From a virus, in IMG/VR virus record IMGVR_UViG_3300035181_002522, positions 32,001 to 96,000 of that record: a stretch of DNA of 64,000 nt; one strand, 5' to 3'. The position numbers were made by a program, and so were the translations under genes. This document shows, one piece after another, positions 9,476 through 20,546 of this stretch. Every line of letters begins with the position of its first letter. Within the stretch, counting starts at the first letter, position 1. A model generated the notes under the pieces. The model saw nothing but the letters and a program-made list of their open reading frames with translations. It was not told the origin of the DNA and made no database searches.

Positions 9476-12400
9476 ATGTCTCTATTTCATACCTTAGCGG
9501 TTGGAAATGTTGAAAGTAAAGATGTAATCTATGATGTTCCAAAAAGCTTAAGATTCAGAAGTAGTTATCTAAGTAGGTCAAATATCTTTGGGACTTCACC
9601 AGCTGATACCTCTACTTTAAAGAAAACTTTCTCAGTTTGGGTTAAACGTGGCTCATTGGGTTCACAACAAGCAATATTAACAAATGCTCTTAACTCAGCG
9701 AGTTATTGGTATATTGATTTTGATTCTTCAGATCGCTTAGCATTAGTTAGTAGCAGTAGTTCAACTATTGTTTTAAATAAAGTGACAACCCAAGTATTCC
9801 GAGATACTTCAGCATGGTATCATATTTGTGTTTTAGTTGATACTTCACAAGCTGGCGCTTCAGAGCGCGTCATTCTTTACGTAAATAACGTTCGCGTTAC
9901 CTCGTTTTCAACTGATGTTGTTCCAGCGCAAAATACCGCTGCACTTTCATTTTTAACTCCAACCTCAGGTACTTGGATTTCAACGTTTGGATATGATACT
10001 GGGGCAGCTGGCAGCAACTTAGATGGTTATCTAGCTGAAATTAATGTAATTGATGGTCAAGCTGTTAGCCCACTAAATTTTGGTCAAGTGAGTGCTGATT
10101 CAGGGCAATGGAACCCAATTCAATATACTGGAACTTATGGAACCAATGGTTTTTACCTGAATTTTAATGATACTAGCAGTGTGAGTGCGTTAGGGCTTGA
10201 TGCATCTGGAAATAATAAAACTTGGACTCCAGTGAATGTAAGTTTAACAGCTGGAGCTACTTATGATAGCATGTCTGATAGTCCAACTAATAACTTTCCA
10301 ACTTTTAACAATTTAAAAGTTTTTTCAGCCAACTTAACTGGTTCAAATGGATTGTTAACAGCATCTAATTCAACATCAGTTGTAACAACTAAAGTTGCAT
10401 CAATGGTTATCCCAAGCGTTGGCAGATGGTATTTTGAGGTAATGGCTGCTAACGTGCCATCAAGCACCGCAAATTTTATTGGGGTTGCTCCAGCAAGTCA
10501 GACTGATTTAAACACTGCATTTAACGCTGTTGGGTCATATAGAAGTAATGGAATAATTACAGATTTTGCCTCAGCTACACAAACAGCTGGTGCTTCTTAT
10601 ACTTCTGGTGATGTGATTGGTGTTGTTGTTGACGCTGAATTAGGAACAGTTCAGTTTTATAAAAATGGGGTTGCGCAAGGTGCTAATCCATCATTTACGT
10701 ATACGCCTGGTTTAACTTTAACTCCATTTGTAGCAACTGATAGTGTAGCTGGAACTAAAACATTTAACATTAATTTTGGTCAACAGCCTTTTGTTTATTC
10801 ATCAGCAGGTTATCAAAAGCTTTCAACAAGAAATTTACCAATTGCGTCAATAAAACGTGGCGAAACCGCAATGACGGTTGCAACTTATATTGGTAATGGT
10901 GGTAATCAACAAATTGGAGAATATCAGTTTCCAAGGTTTAATTATACCATTGGCAAATCGTTAAGGTTTAAAGGTGTTAACAGTTATTTGTCAAGAACCC
11001 CATCAGCTAATGGTAGTTTGACAACTTGGACTTGGTCCGGTTGGGTAAAACGAAGCGCTTTGGGAGTTATACAGACTTTATTTACAGCTAGCACGTCAAG
11101 TTCAAATTATACCGCTGCGGTATCAATTGACGCTGCAGATACTTTAACGTTTAGCCATAATGGTGGAGCTGGAGCAACGACATATAGAAAATCAGCAATA
11201 GCGCTTAAAGATACATCAAATTGGATTCATGTTATTGTAATTTCTGATACTACTAATGCCACGGCTCAAAATAGAATTAGAATGTTTGTTAATGGCAGTG
11301 AAATAACTTCTTGGACAACAAATACAACTGTCACTCAAAATACAACATGGTTGGTAAATTCTTCATCAGTTGCACATTCATTAGCGGCATTTAATGGTGG
11401 TAGCATAAGTAATTTACACAATGGCTATTTGGCTGAAGTTAATTTTGTTGATGGTCAGGCATTAACCGCATCGTCTTTTGGTGAATTTGACATTAATGGT
11501 TATTGGATTCCAAAAGCTTACACTGGCACCTATGGAACTAATGGTTTTTACCTGCCATTTTCAGATAATAGCGCATTAACAACCAGTTCAAACGTTGGTA
11601 TCGGAAAAGATTTCTCTGGAAATACAAATTATTGGACGACTAATAATATTAGTTTAACGGCAGGTATCACTTATGATTCAATGCTGGATACTCCAACTGA
11701 TAATTATGCAACGTTAGAGATATTGAAAGCATCAGGTATCGCTGCAACCTCAATAGCTCAGGGTGCTTTAGCATTTATAACGACAAATGCTGAATCTGGT
11801 TCTACATATGGAACTATTGCAATGACCGCTGGTAAATGGTATTTTGAAGTGCTTATCAGTGGCTCATCATCTCAGCCATCAATTGGACTAACTACAAACT
11901 TTGGTTCAAATACGACATATTTTGCTGCTTATAGTGGTGATGTGTATATTGGTACAACTTTGATAGCAACCGTAAGCCCTGCCGTATCTGGAGATGTTAT
12001 TGGAGTTCGTGCTGATTATTCAGCTCAGCAAATTCAATTTTATAAGAACAACGTGTTATTAGTAACATGTAATATTAAATTTGAAACATTATTACCGACT
12101 GTTAGTGATGTTAGTTCAGTTAGTTCCGATACTGCGTATTTTAATTTTGGCCAAAGACCATTCTTTTATACTCCACCAGCTGGTTATAATGGAATTTCAA
12201 TGAGCAAAATTGCTGAATACACAAATAACTTAGAATCTCCAGATTTTATTTGGGTTAAGTCTCGAACAAGTGCGGTGAGTAATGTGTTATTTGACTCAGT
12301 TAGAGGACCAACAAAATTCGTTTTTAGTAATTTAACTAACGCGGAAACTACGGATGCAAGCTCAATAATAAGCTTTAACAAAAATGGTTTTTATACTGGT

Positions 12401-13171
12401 AGCTATGGTAATTTGAATGCGTCGACCATTTCGTATGTTGCTTGGATGTGGAAAGTTAATGCCTCACAGACAACAAATAATGATGGTTCAATTCAAACAA
12501 CCGTGAAAGCCGATTCAAATTTTGGATTTAGCGTGGTGACTTACACTGGAACTGGGGCGAATGCAACAGTTGGTCATGGTTTAGGTATAGCTCCAAAATT
12601 TGTTATTGTTAAAAATTTAGATTCAGCTGGAACAAACTATGGCTGGCCAGCTTGGCACTCAGCCTTAGCTGGAACTGAAGTTTTAACTTTAAATAGCTTA
12701 AACGCCAGAGCGGCAGGCACAACGTATTGGAATAGCACTAGTCCAAGTTCTATGGTTGTTTCATTGGGAACAAACATTGCCCTTAATGAAGCTGGTAAAC
12801 GCTCAGTGATGTACTGCTTCTCTGAAATTGATGGATTTAGCAAATTTAGCACCTATACTGGTAATGCAAATGTAGATGGTCCATTTGTTTATTGTGGCTT
12901 TAAACCAAGGTTCATATTGATTAAGCGTATTGATGCAACTGATTCTAATGCTAACTGGTGGTTATATGATACCATTAGAGATAATACTAATACAAATGGT
13001 ATTCCGCTTTATGCAAACGCGTTAACGGTTGAGGCAACTGGTATTAACATTGACATTCTTTCAAATGGCTTTAAAGTACGAGACAGCACAACTTCATTAA
13101 ACGCAAGCGCTGGAATATATTTGTTTGCTTCTTTTGCTGAATGTCCATTTAAATATGCAACAGCACTTTAA
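9476..13171 (+). CDS. Large tail protein with tandem LamG/concanavalin-like and SPRY domains
   Basis: Two copies of KSLRF...(W/F)S.WVKR...GYLAE.N..DGQA...YTGTYGTNGFYL and G(R/K)WYFEV...GDVIGV...NFGQ.PF. Confidence 0.8.
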   Translation: MSLFHTLAVGNVESKDVIYDVPKSLRFRSSYLSRSNIFGTSPADTSTLKKTFSVWVKRGSLGSQQAILTNALNSASYWYIDFDSSDRLALVSSSSSTIVLNKVTTQVFRDTSAWYHICVLVDTSQAGASERVILYVNNVRVTSFSTDVVPAQNTAALSFLTPTSGTWISTFGYDTGAAGSNLDGYLAEINVIDGQAVSPLNFGQVSADSGQWNPIQYTGTYGTNGFYLNFNDTSSVSALGLDASGNNKTWTPVNVSLTAGATYDSMSDSPTNNFPTFNNLKVFSANLTGSNGLLTASNSTSVVTTKVASMVIPSVGRWYFEVMAANVPSSTANFIGVAPASQTDLNTAFNAVGSYRSNGIITDFASATQTAGASYTSGDVIGVVVDAELGTVQFYKNGVAQGANPSFTYTPGLTLTPFVATDSVAGTKTFNINFGQQPFVYSSAGYQKLSTRNLPIASIKRGETAMTVATYIGNGGNQQIGEYQFPRFNYTIGKSLRFKGVNSYLSRTPSANGSLTTWTWSGWVKRSALGVIQTLFTASTSSSNYTAAVSIDAADTLTFSHNGGAGATTYRKSAIALKDTSNWIHVIVISDTTNATAQNRIRMFVNGSEITSWTTNTTVTQNTTWLVNSSSVAHSLAAFNGGSISNLHNGYLAEVNFVDGQALTASSFGEFDINGYWIPKAYTGTYGTNGFYLPFSDNSALTTSSNVGIGKDFSGNTNYWTTNNISLTAGITYDSMLDTPTDNYATLEILKASGIAATSIAQGALAFITTNAESGSTYGTIAMTAGKWYFEVLISGSSSQPSIGLTTNFGSNTTYFAAYSGDVYIGTTLIATVSPAVSGDVIGVRADYSAQQIQFYKNNVLLVTCNIKFETLLPTVSDVSSVSSDTAYFNFGQRPFFYTPPAGYNGISMSKIAEYTNNLESPDFIWVKSRTSAVSNVLFDSVRGPTKFVFSNLTNAETTDASSIISFNKNGFYTGSYGNLNASTISYVAWMWKVNASQTTNNDGSIQTTVKADSNFGFSVVTYTGTGANATVGHGLGIAPKFVIVKNLDSAGTNYGWPAWHSALAGTEVLTLNSLNARAAGTTYWNSTSPSSMVVSLGTNIALNEAGKRSVMYCFSEIDGFSKFSTYTGNANVDGPFVYCGFKPRFILIKRIDATDSNANWWLYDTIRDNTNTNGIPLYANALTVEATGINIDILSNGFKVRDSTTSLNASAGIYLFASFAECPFKYATAL

Positions 13172-13236
13172 ACAATTAATATTACAATAATGCTCGTTAA
13201 ATAGAGTAGGTTAAACATTCAAAGGGAATTAAAACA

Positions 13237-13623
13237 ATGTTCATTAAAAACAACAAGAGATTTAATTTAATCGCTCTACTTGATGGAGTTTTTATTGATG
13301 ATGCAGGGATTCAACACCCAGGGTCTTTATTGAGAAATCCAGAATTTCGTGAAGCTCATGGTATTAGTGAAATAGCTGAACCGGCTCGCGGAGATTATGA
13401 AACTCAAGACACACAAGAAATTGATGTTGCTCCATGGGTTATTATCACGGATAAATCTCAAGAGCAACTCAATAATGCTTTCAATGCAAAGGTAAAAGCT
13501 GAAATTCTTGTAAAAGAACAATCACAAGATAGAGCAATTCGTGAAGCCATATTGGCTGGTGATTTGACAAAACTTCAAGCTATTGAAGCTGAGATTGTAG
13601 CATTAAGAGCAACTCTTCGTTAA
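13237..13623 (+). CDS. Putative tail fibre assembly protein
   Basis: Follows the fibre gene; charged helical C-terminus (RAIREA...I.ALRA.L). Confidence 0.55.
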   Translation: MFIKNNKRFNLIALLDGVFIDDAGIQHPGSLLRNPEFREAHGISEIAEPARGDYETQDTQEIDVAPWVIITDKSQEQLNNAFNAKVKAEILVKEQSQDRAIREAILAGDLTKLQAIEAEIVALRATLR

Positions 13624-13643
13624 ATTGAAATTGATACAAAAGA

Positions 13644-13671
13644 GGGGGGAAGCATGTGCTTCCCCTTTTTT
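13644..13671 (+). terminator. Intrinsic terminator
   Basis: GGGGAAGCA-tg-TGCTTCCCC followed by a T-run. Confidence 0.75.
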
Positions 13672-13741
13672 ATTTAAAATTTGTTAAATCTGTCATAAAT
13701 AGCTTAAAGCTTCTTTTTAATCTAATAAAGGAATTAAATCT

Positions 13742-14779
13742 ATGTCTAAAAATTCACAATTGGCAGATTTACTTAACAGTGCTCAATTATCTAACATTAT
13801 TGACAGTGGTGATTTGACGTTCTCCGGTGCAGCTCAACGTATTAAAGCTCCATTTGGTGGAGTTGTTTCAAATCGTTTAGCGTTTCAAAACAGTTCATCA
13901 AATGCTGCTACTTTAGTTGCGTCTATTCCAAGTGGAACAGCAACTAACGCTAATTTTATGGCAATAAATAGCAGTGATATTTCAAATGGCGCTTATATTG
14001 CACTTGATGCAAATAGCTCAGTTAATTCAATCATAAGTGGCACTCTTGGCTCTGGTTCAGCCCTTCCATTGGGATTCAATGTTGGTGGAGCAGAACAATT
14101 AAGAATTGATACAGCTGGTAATGTCACATTGACAACAACACCGGCGCAATTCGATAATACTACAAAAGTAGCATCAACCGCATTTGTTCAAAGAGCTTTA
14201 GGTAATCTTGCTGGATATGTCACCTATGCAGCATCTACTTCTTTAGCAACTGCCGATTTGGGAAAATATGTTAATGGGACTACCACAGGTATTACATTAA
14301 CATTACCAGATGCAACAACAATATCAGCTGGAAGCACGTATTACATACAAGCTAGCACCTCTGCAACTTCAATTACGGTTGCCTCATCAAATGGTAATTT
14401 TACTGGGCCTAATGGTCCAGCGGCCGCATCAATCACAATAAGCAGTGGTAATATGGTTCAATTTGTTTCAAATGGAACTGGTTGGATAGCGACAGGTGGA
14501 GCAGGGTATGCATCATTAACTACAAATGGCTATCAAAAACTACCATCAGGTTTGATTATCCAATGGGGTTCATGGACTTCAAGTGGTACAGCAGGTAATC
14601 CAATTGCAGTAACTTTCCCAATAGCTTTCCCAAATAATAGATTTAGTTTATCTACTGTTATGTATGGTGCTTCAACAACTACACAAAGTGCATGGGCTGA
14701 TACACCAACATTAGCTGGATTTAATGGAAGAGCTTCAACTATTTCAGTTGCATGTAATTATATTGTAATTGGCAACTAA
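13742..14779 (+). CDS. Tail fibre protein
   Basis: PAQFDNTTKVASTAFVQRALG and C-terminal NGYQKLPSGLIIQWG...VTFPIAFP. Confidence 0.8.
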   Translation: MSKNSQLADLLNSAQLSNIIDSGDLTFSGAAQRIKAPFGGVVSNRLAFQNSSSNAATLVASIPSGTATNANFMAINSSDISNGAYIALDANSSVNSIISGTLGSGSALPLGFNVGGAEQLRIDTAGNVTLTTTPAQFDNTTKVASTAFVQRALGNLAGYVTYAASTSLATADLGKYVNGTTTGITLTLPDATTISAGSTYYIQASTSATSITVASSNGNFTGPNGPAAASITISSGNMVQFVSNGTGWIATGGAGYASLTTNGYQKLPSGLIIQWGSWTSSGTAGNPIAVTFPIAFPNNRFSLSTVMYGASTTTQSAWADTPTLAGFNGRASTISVACNYIVIGN

Positions 14780-14787
14780 TAATCTTC

Positions 14788-14819
14788 AGAAAGGGAGCCA
14801 TATGGCTCCCTTTCTTTTT
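14788..14819 (+). terminator. Intrinsic terminator
   Basis: AGAAAGGGAGCCA-ta-TGGCTCCCTTTCT followed by T's. Confidence 0.75.
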
Positions 14820-14873
14820 GTCTGTAGATAAATAGACATATCGATTATCTCACTTTCTTTTGGAGACTAAATA

Positions 14874-15560
14874 ATGTCTTATATTGGCTCAGCGATAAAT
14901 TCTGCCGTCGTTAAAACAGAAAACACCGTTACTGCGACTGCAGGTCAAACCAGTTTTACTGGTCTTTCTTATAATCCAGCTGCACTTGAAGTTTACCTTA
15001 ATGGCGTCAAGTTACTTCCAGGCACTAGTTATACGGCAACTGATGGGACAACTATTACCTTAGCGGTTGCGGCAAATTTAGGTGATGTTTTAAACATTAC
15101 GTCAAATAATTCAGTTAATCCAACCTTATCATTGGTTAATTCAGTAGCTGGAACTACACTAAGTCGATTAGAAACTTCAGTTGCTGCTACTTCAGCTGGT
15201 CAAACATTATTTACTGGTTTCACATATACTCCTGGTTCAATTGATGTATTTTTAAATGGTGTTAAACTTCAACCAGCTGATTATATAGCGACAAATGGAA
15301 CTTCAGTCAGTTTAACCGCTGGAGCGTCTATTGGTCAAATCGTAACTGTATTAAGTTATAATCAAGTTAATACTCAAGCTGGTTTAGGTGGTGGAGCAAC
15401 AGGTGGAGCAGGTGATACTGTATTCTTTGAAAATAGCCAAGTTGTTAACAATAGCTACACTTTAACCGCTGGTAAGAATGCAATTTCAGCTGGCCCAATC
15501 ACGATTGCTGATACTAAAACAGTTGTTATCCCAACCGGAGCTAGTTGGGCAATTTGTTGA
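14874..15560 (+). CDS. Virion structural protein
   Basis: Two AGQT.FTG..Y.P....V.LNGVKL repeats and a C-terminal NAISAGPITIA...V.IP.G.SW motif. Confidence 0.7.
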   Translation: MSYIGSAINSAVVKTENTVTATAGQTSFTGLSYNPAALEVYLNGVKLLPGTSYTATDGTTITLAVAANLGDVLNITSNNSVNPTLSLVNSVAGTTLSRLETSVAATSAGQTLFTGFTYTPGSIDVFLNGVKLQPADYIATNGTSVSLTAGASIGQIVTVLSYNQVNTQAGLGGGATGGAGDTVFFENSQVVNNSYTLTAGKNAISAGPITIADTKTVVIPTGASWAIC

Positions 15561-15882
15561 TGGATCAAGAACCCAAATATTATGTCTATACGTATAGTTT
15601 TTCTAATGGGCAACCTTTTTATGTTGGAAAAGGTACCGGAAATAGATGTTTTAGACATTTATCATTAGCACGTAATAATAAATTATTTTCAGATGTAATT
15701 ATACAAACTAATGAAATTTTAAAATCAGATGAAGAATCTATCATTACAAAACTAATACAAAATATTGATGAAGAACTTGCATTTTTATTGAGGAAGAATT
15801 TATTTCAAAATATGGAAGAGGTTCTGCAATGAAAAGACATCATTTTGATAATTGTAAACAACATAAGGAGCTTGAACAATGA
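15560..15882 (+). pseudogene. Degenerate GIY-YIG homing endonuclease
   Basis: YYVYTY...PFYVGKGTGNR. A frameshift near the T-run at ~15782 restores EEEFISKYGR, joined directly to a terminal MKRHHFDNCK motif, implying an internal deletion. Confidence 0.65.
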
Positions 15883-17273
15883 GTTCATTAGCCGTTAAAA
15901 ATTTACAGGTCGGAGTATCACCAAAGTCAAGTGAAAATTTTCACTTGACTTCAGATGGCGCTGGCTCTCTTTCATTGAATCGTGGAACGACTGGCGCCGC
16001 AATTTCAACGGTGTTAAGTGTTGATAGCAGCAATAACGTCACGATTAATAACGATTTTACAAATTTAACTGGTAATTTTAAAGTAGCTACTCCGTTGAGT
16101 TCAGAGTTAACTAAAGCTGCAACAACAGCTTATACTAAAGCTCAAGCTGAAGCATTATATTCCTACAAAAAAGTTCTAGGAATTCAAAGCGCGGCAACAA
16201 ATGGTAATTTGGGAACGGCGTTGGCATTTGATAGTTCAGGCAATTTGTATTGGGCAGTTACTAATTATTTTAATGGAACAGCAAATACAGCGTTAACTAG
16301 CTATGTGTATAAAATTACTCCAGCGGGGCAATTGTCTACGTTTACCTCAGTATCATTAACAGGGGCGACTGGAACAGCATTGGCATTTGATAGTTCAGGT
16401 AACTTGTATTGGGCCGTTGCGCTGTATACAAATGGCTCTGGAACTTGGGCTTACACTTCTAACGTATATAAAATTACTCCGGCTGGCACTCAAACTACAT
16501 TTGCATCTCAAGCGACAACTGGCGCAACATCAACGGCATTGGCATTTGATAATTCAGGTAATTTGTATTGGGCAATCACCAATAATTACAATGGCAGCAC
16601 TTATAATTTAACATCGAATGTTTATCAGATTACTCCAGCTGGAACTAAAACGACTTTTGGCACCGCATCGACGATTGCTGGAGCTGGAACAGCATTGGCA
16701 TTTGATAGTTCAGGTAATTTATATTGGGCGGTAATTAATGGTGGTACCGCTGGTAGTTATTCTCAGTTGAGTTATATCTACAAAATAACTTCTGCGGGCA
16801 CACAAACAACTTTTACATCAATTACTTCAATTGGCGGTGCTGGAACAGCTTTAATATTTGATAGTTCAGGTAATTTATTTTGGGCGGTAATTAATAATTA
16901 TAACGGCTCAACTACAGCTTTAACTTCATATGTTTATAAAGTTTTAGCTAATGCAACGACAAGTGTTTTCGCTTCATTTCAGACGTCAAATGGAAATAAT
17001 GTTTCAATTGATAAAGATTCATCAAATACATTATATTTGGCAGTCACAAATAATGTGGTAGCTAATGTTGGTGCAACAAATCTTTTATACAAGCTAACTT
17101 CAACCGGAACAATTTCAATATTAGCCGCTCAGTCATTAGCCGGTTCAAAAGCTGCTGCAGTAAAATTTGACAATGTTGGAAATTTATATTGGTCAAATAC
17201 TGCGTATAATGATGGTTCTACTTTTAATAAAACCAGTTATTTAAACTGCTTGTATAAAACCCAAGTTAAATAA
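15879..17273 (+). CDS. Tail protein with 7-bladed beta-propeller (paralogue 1)
   Basis: Seven ~50-aa repeats TALAFDSSGNLYWAV.N..NG....TSYVYKIT after a fibre-like N-terminus. Confidence 0.75.
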   Translation: MSSLAVKNLQVGVSPKSSENFHLTSDGAGSLSLNRGTTGAAISTVLSVDSSNNVTINNDFTNLTGNFKVATPLSSELTKAATTAYTKAQAEALYSYKKVLGIQSAATNGNLGTALAFDSSGNLYWAVTNYFNGTANTALTSYVYKITPAGQLSTFTSVSLTGATGTALAFDSSGNLYWAVALYTNGSGTWAYTSNVYKITPAGTQTTFASQATTGATSTALAFDNSGNLYWAITNNYNGSTYNLTSNVYQITPAGTKTTFGTASTIAGAGTALAFDSSGNLYWAVINGGTAGSYSQLSYIYKITSAGTQTTFTSITSIGGAGTALIFDSSGNLFWAVINNYNGSTTALTSYVYKVLANATTSVFASFQTSNGNNVSIDKDSSNTLYLAVTNNVVANVGATNLLYKLTSTGTISILAAQSLAGSKAAAVKFDNVGNLYWSNTAYNDGSTFNKTSYLNCLYKTQVK

Positions 17274-17284
17274 GGAGCTTCTTA

Positions 17285-18682
17285 ATGAGTACAATAAAAG
17301 CAGCGGAAGCCCAATTTGGACATTCGCCTGATAATTTAGATAATTTTACATTATCTGCAACCGGCCAAGGAATTTTTAACCTGTATAATGGTAGCGCTGG
17401 TTTTTCAAACGGGAATGTACTGTCAGTTCAATCAACAAACAATATTACTGCAACTAATGATATTAGTATTGCCAGTAAGCTAGATGTTCCGACAGCAAGT
17501 TTAAGTAAGACTGGAAATAATGTAGCCAATGTTGCTTATGTTAACAATGCTATAAATCAATATTGCAAATATGTTGTCCCAGTTGCTAATTATAAGCAAA
17601 TAGCAACTAATGGTGGTCATTATGCAGGAATGGTATTTGATAGCGTAGGCAACTTATTCATTGCTGTTGCAAATTACACAGATGGAACAATATATAATGT
17701 GACATCTTATATCTACAAGATGACACCTGATGGTACAATTACGCAATTTGCCTCAGTAGTTGGCAATGGGGCTTATAATACCGCATTAGCAATTGACACC
17801 GCAGATAATTTATATTGGGCAATTACTAATGTTAGTAATGGAGCAACTTATAATACAACAAGTTATCTCTATAAAGTTACTTCTGGTGGCACATTAACTA
17901 CGCTAAATAGTATAACCACTAATCGTCCGTATGGAACTGCATTATTATTAGTCGGAACCAATTTATATTGGGCAGTAACTAATAATTATAATGGTACGAC
18001 TTATACTCAAACTAGTTACGTGTACAAATATGATATTTTAAACAGTACATTTACAACATTTGCTAGTACAACAACTTTAGGCGCATCATTTACTAGTTTA
18101 ATTAAAGATAGTTCAAATAATATCTACTGGAGCGTGGCAAATACTTATTCTGGTTCATCTTATTCTATTACTTCATATGTTTATAAAATAACTCCAGCGG
18201 GTTCACTTTCTATATTCAGTTCAACTGCAACTATTGGTAGTATTGGTAGTGCTTTAGCAATTGATGAAAATGATAATGTATACTGGGCCGTTGCAAACCA
18301 ATTCGACGGCGTATCTTATACACAACAAAGTTTTGTGTATAAGATAACAAGCGCAGGCGTTCAATCAACTATCGCAAGTAAATTAGCAACTGGAGCAACT
18401 GGAACATCTTTAGTATTTGACAGCGCAGGTAATTTATATTGGGCAATAGCACTTTCTAACAATGGGACGACTTCGAATCGAATTAGTTACATTTATAGGA
18501 TTGAATCAACTGGAGAAACTACAACAGTGTTTAATATTTCTACTAATGGAGTTTCTCAATTACCAATGATTGTTGATTTTAATGATAATATCTTTGTATT
18601 TGCTCCAAATTACTATAATGATTCAGTGTATACGCTTAATAGTACGCTAAATGTGTTATACGCCCACAACTACACTGCTTAA
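17285..18682 (+). CDS. Tail protein with 7-bladed beta-propeller (paralogue 2)
   Basis: Same architecture and length (465 aa). Confidence 0.75.
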   Translation: MSTIKAAEAQFGHSPDNLDNFTLSATGQGIFNLYNGSAGFSNGNVLSVQSTNNITATNDISIASKLDVPTASLSKTGNNVANVAYVNNAINQYCKYVVPVANYKQIATNGGHYAGMVFDSVGNLFIAVANYTDGTIYNVTSYIYKMTPDGTITQFASVVGNGAYNTALAIDTADNLYWAITNVSNGATYNTTSYLYKVTSGGTLTTLNSITTNRPYGTALLLVGTNLYWAVTNNYNGTTYTQTSYVYKYDILNSTFTTFASTTTLGASFTSLIKDSSNNIYWSVANTYSGSSYSITSYVYKITPAGSLSIFSSTATIGSIGSALAIDENDNVYWAVANQFDGVSYTQQSFVYKITSAGVQSTIASKLATGATGTSLVFDSAGNLYWAIALSNNGTTSNRISYIYRIESTGETTTVFNISTNGVSQLPMIVDFNDNIFVFAPNYYNDSVYTLNSTLNVLYAHNYTA

Positions 18683-18691
18683 GGGAATATC

Positions 18692-20089
18692 ATGAGTGTT
18701 TTAAAAACAACTAAAACCCAAATCGGATTAAGTGGCTCTGCTGTTAATAACTTTGTTTTAATAAGTGATGAAACCGTTGGGTCATTATCATTAAATCGTG
18801 GCACAACTAATACTGTATATTCTAATGTGCTATCAATTGATAGCACTAAAAAGTTAGCTATTACTGGCAATCTAACTATCAGCGGGAATGCTAAAGTGGC
18901 AACAGCGCCAATTAATGATAATTCTACAAAGGTTGCAAATGCCGCGTTTGTAAAAAGTCAATTAGATTATTCTGTTGCACAATATGGTCAACCACAGCAG
19001 TTAACTTCAGCTGCAAACAATGGAAGTATTGCCTCTGCTGTCGTGTTAGATTCAGCTGGAAACATTTATTGGGCAATTGGAAATTACTATAATGGTTCAA
19101 CATATTCATTAACAAGCTACATCTATAAATTAGCTGTTAATGGTACTTTATCTACATTTGCTTCAGTTGCGACGATTGGCTGTTATGCAACTGCTTTAGC
19201 GATTGATAGTAATGATGTTCTTTATTGGGCAGTTAGTAATTCTTATAACGGAACAACTTATACACAAACTAGCTATGTGTACAAGATAACTCCTGATGCT
19301 ACATTATCAACACTGGCATCAGCTACAACTCAAGCTGGAGTTAGTTGTGATTTGACGTTTGATAGTTCAGGCAATTTGTATTGGGCAGTTGTTAATTATT
19401 ACAATGGAACAACTTATGTGCAAACTAGCTATGTGTATAAGATAGATGTAAACACAGGAACAACCGTAACTTTCGCTTCTGCCACAAATACTGGCGCATA
19501 TGGTACGGCTATTAAATTTGATAGTTTAGGCAACTTGTATTGGGCAGTTTCTAATTATTATACTGGAAGTGGTTCAGTTTATACTCAACCTAGTTATGTT
19601 TATAAAATAACTCCTGGCGGCGTTTTATCTACTATTGCTACTACTACAACAATTGGAGCTCAAACTCCAAGCTTAGTATTTGACTCAGTTGGTAATCTAT
19701 TTTGGGGAATTCCATTTGCGACTGATGGTACTAATGTTGTACAAAATAGCAAAATATTTAAGATTGATAAAAACAATACATTGACTACATTTGCAACATT
19801 TACAACTAAAACAGGGTCAGCCGTTAAATTAATTATCGATCAAAATGACACTTTATATTGTGCAGTTGCAAATCAATATGATGGTACAACGTACACACAG
19901 AATGCAGTGATTTATAAAATAACGGCCGCTGGAAATTTAACTCAATTAGATAACACTATAACTCAAGGTTTAACTCGCACGGCAATTGCATTTGATAATA
20001 ATAAAAATATCATTTGGTCAATTCCAAATTATTTTAATGGAACTACTAGAGCTCTAACAAGTTATTTGAACATTCTGTATAGAATATAA
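18692..20089 (+). CDS. Tail protein with 7-bladed beta-propeller (paralogue 3)
   Basis: Same architecture; fibre motif DNSTKVANAAFV. Confidence 0.75.
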   Translation: MSVLKTTKTQIGLSGSAVNNFVLISDETVGSLSLNRGTTNTVYSNVLSIDSTKKLAITGNLTISGNAKVATAPINDNSTKVANAAFVKSQLDYSVAQYGQPQQLTSAANNGSIASAVVLDSAGNIYWAIGNYYNGSTYSLTSYIYKLAVNGTLSTFASVATIGCYATALAIDSNDVLYWAVSNSYNGTTYTQTSYVYKITPDATLSTLASATTQAGVSCDLTFDSSGNLYWAVVNYYNGTTYVQTSYVYKIDVNTGTTVTFASATNTGAYGTAIKFDSLGNLYWAVSNYYTGSGSVYTQPSYVYKITPGGVLSTIATTTTIGAQTPSLVFDSVGNLFWGIPFATDGTNVVQNSKIFKIDKNNTLTTFATFTTKTGSAVKLIIDQNDTLYCAVANQYDGTTYTQNAVIYKITAAGNLTQLDNTITQGLTRTAIAFDNNKNIIWSIPNYFNGTTRALTSYLNILYRI

Positions 20090-20128
20090 ATACAGCAATC
20101 AAAGTTAAAACACCAAGGAAATAAAAAC

Positions 20129-20545
20129 ATGGCAAAATTTATTGAAAATAACCAATGGGTAGAGCTACCATTAGAAGTGATTTATCGCTTATTTGATGAT
20201 AGCCAAGTTGGAATACTTCCAACTCAACCTAGAGTAGAGCCAATCACTCTTGAAAATGGCACCTTTATTGATGCTAAGGTTGCTAAAATTGAGTTAGCTA
20301 AAATTGCAATTCAGCGCCATTTAGATGCGTGGGCTAAAGATAAAGGATATGACAGTATCCATACAGCCGCTTTACGTGCGGCATATGATGGTCCTTATAA
20401 AGCTGAAGGTGTTGCTTTTGCGCAATGGATGGACGCAGTTTGGCAAAAAGCTTATGAATTATTAGAGCAGTTCGAAAATGGACAGCTTGTTGAATTAAAT
20501 GAGTCACAATTGATTGCGGCTCTTCCAGCATTTACAGGAGTTTAA
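20129..20545 (+). CDS. Tail fibre assembly/chaperone-like protein
   Basis: IQRHLDAWAKDKGYDSI...EG.AF..W.D.VW...LIAALP pattern of phage tail-associated proteins. Confidence 0.65.
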   Translation: MAKFIENNQWVELPLEVIYRLFDDSQVGILPTQPRVEPITLENGTFIDAKVAKIELAKIAIQRHLDAWAKDKGYDSIHTAALRAAYDGPYKAEGVAFAQWMDAVWQKAYELLEQFENGQLVELNESQLIAALPAFTGV

Positions 20546-20546
20546 A

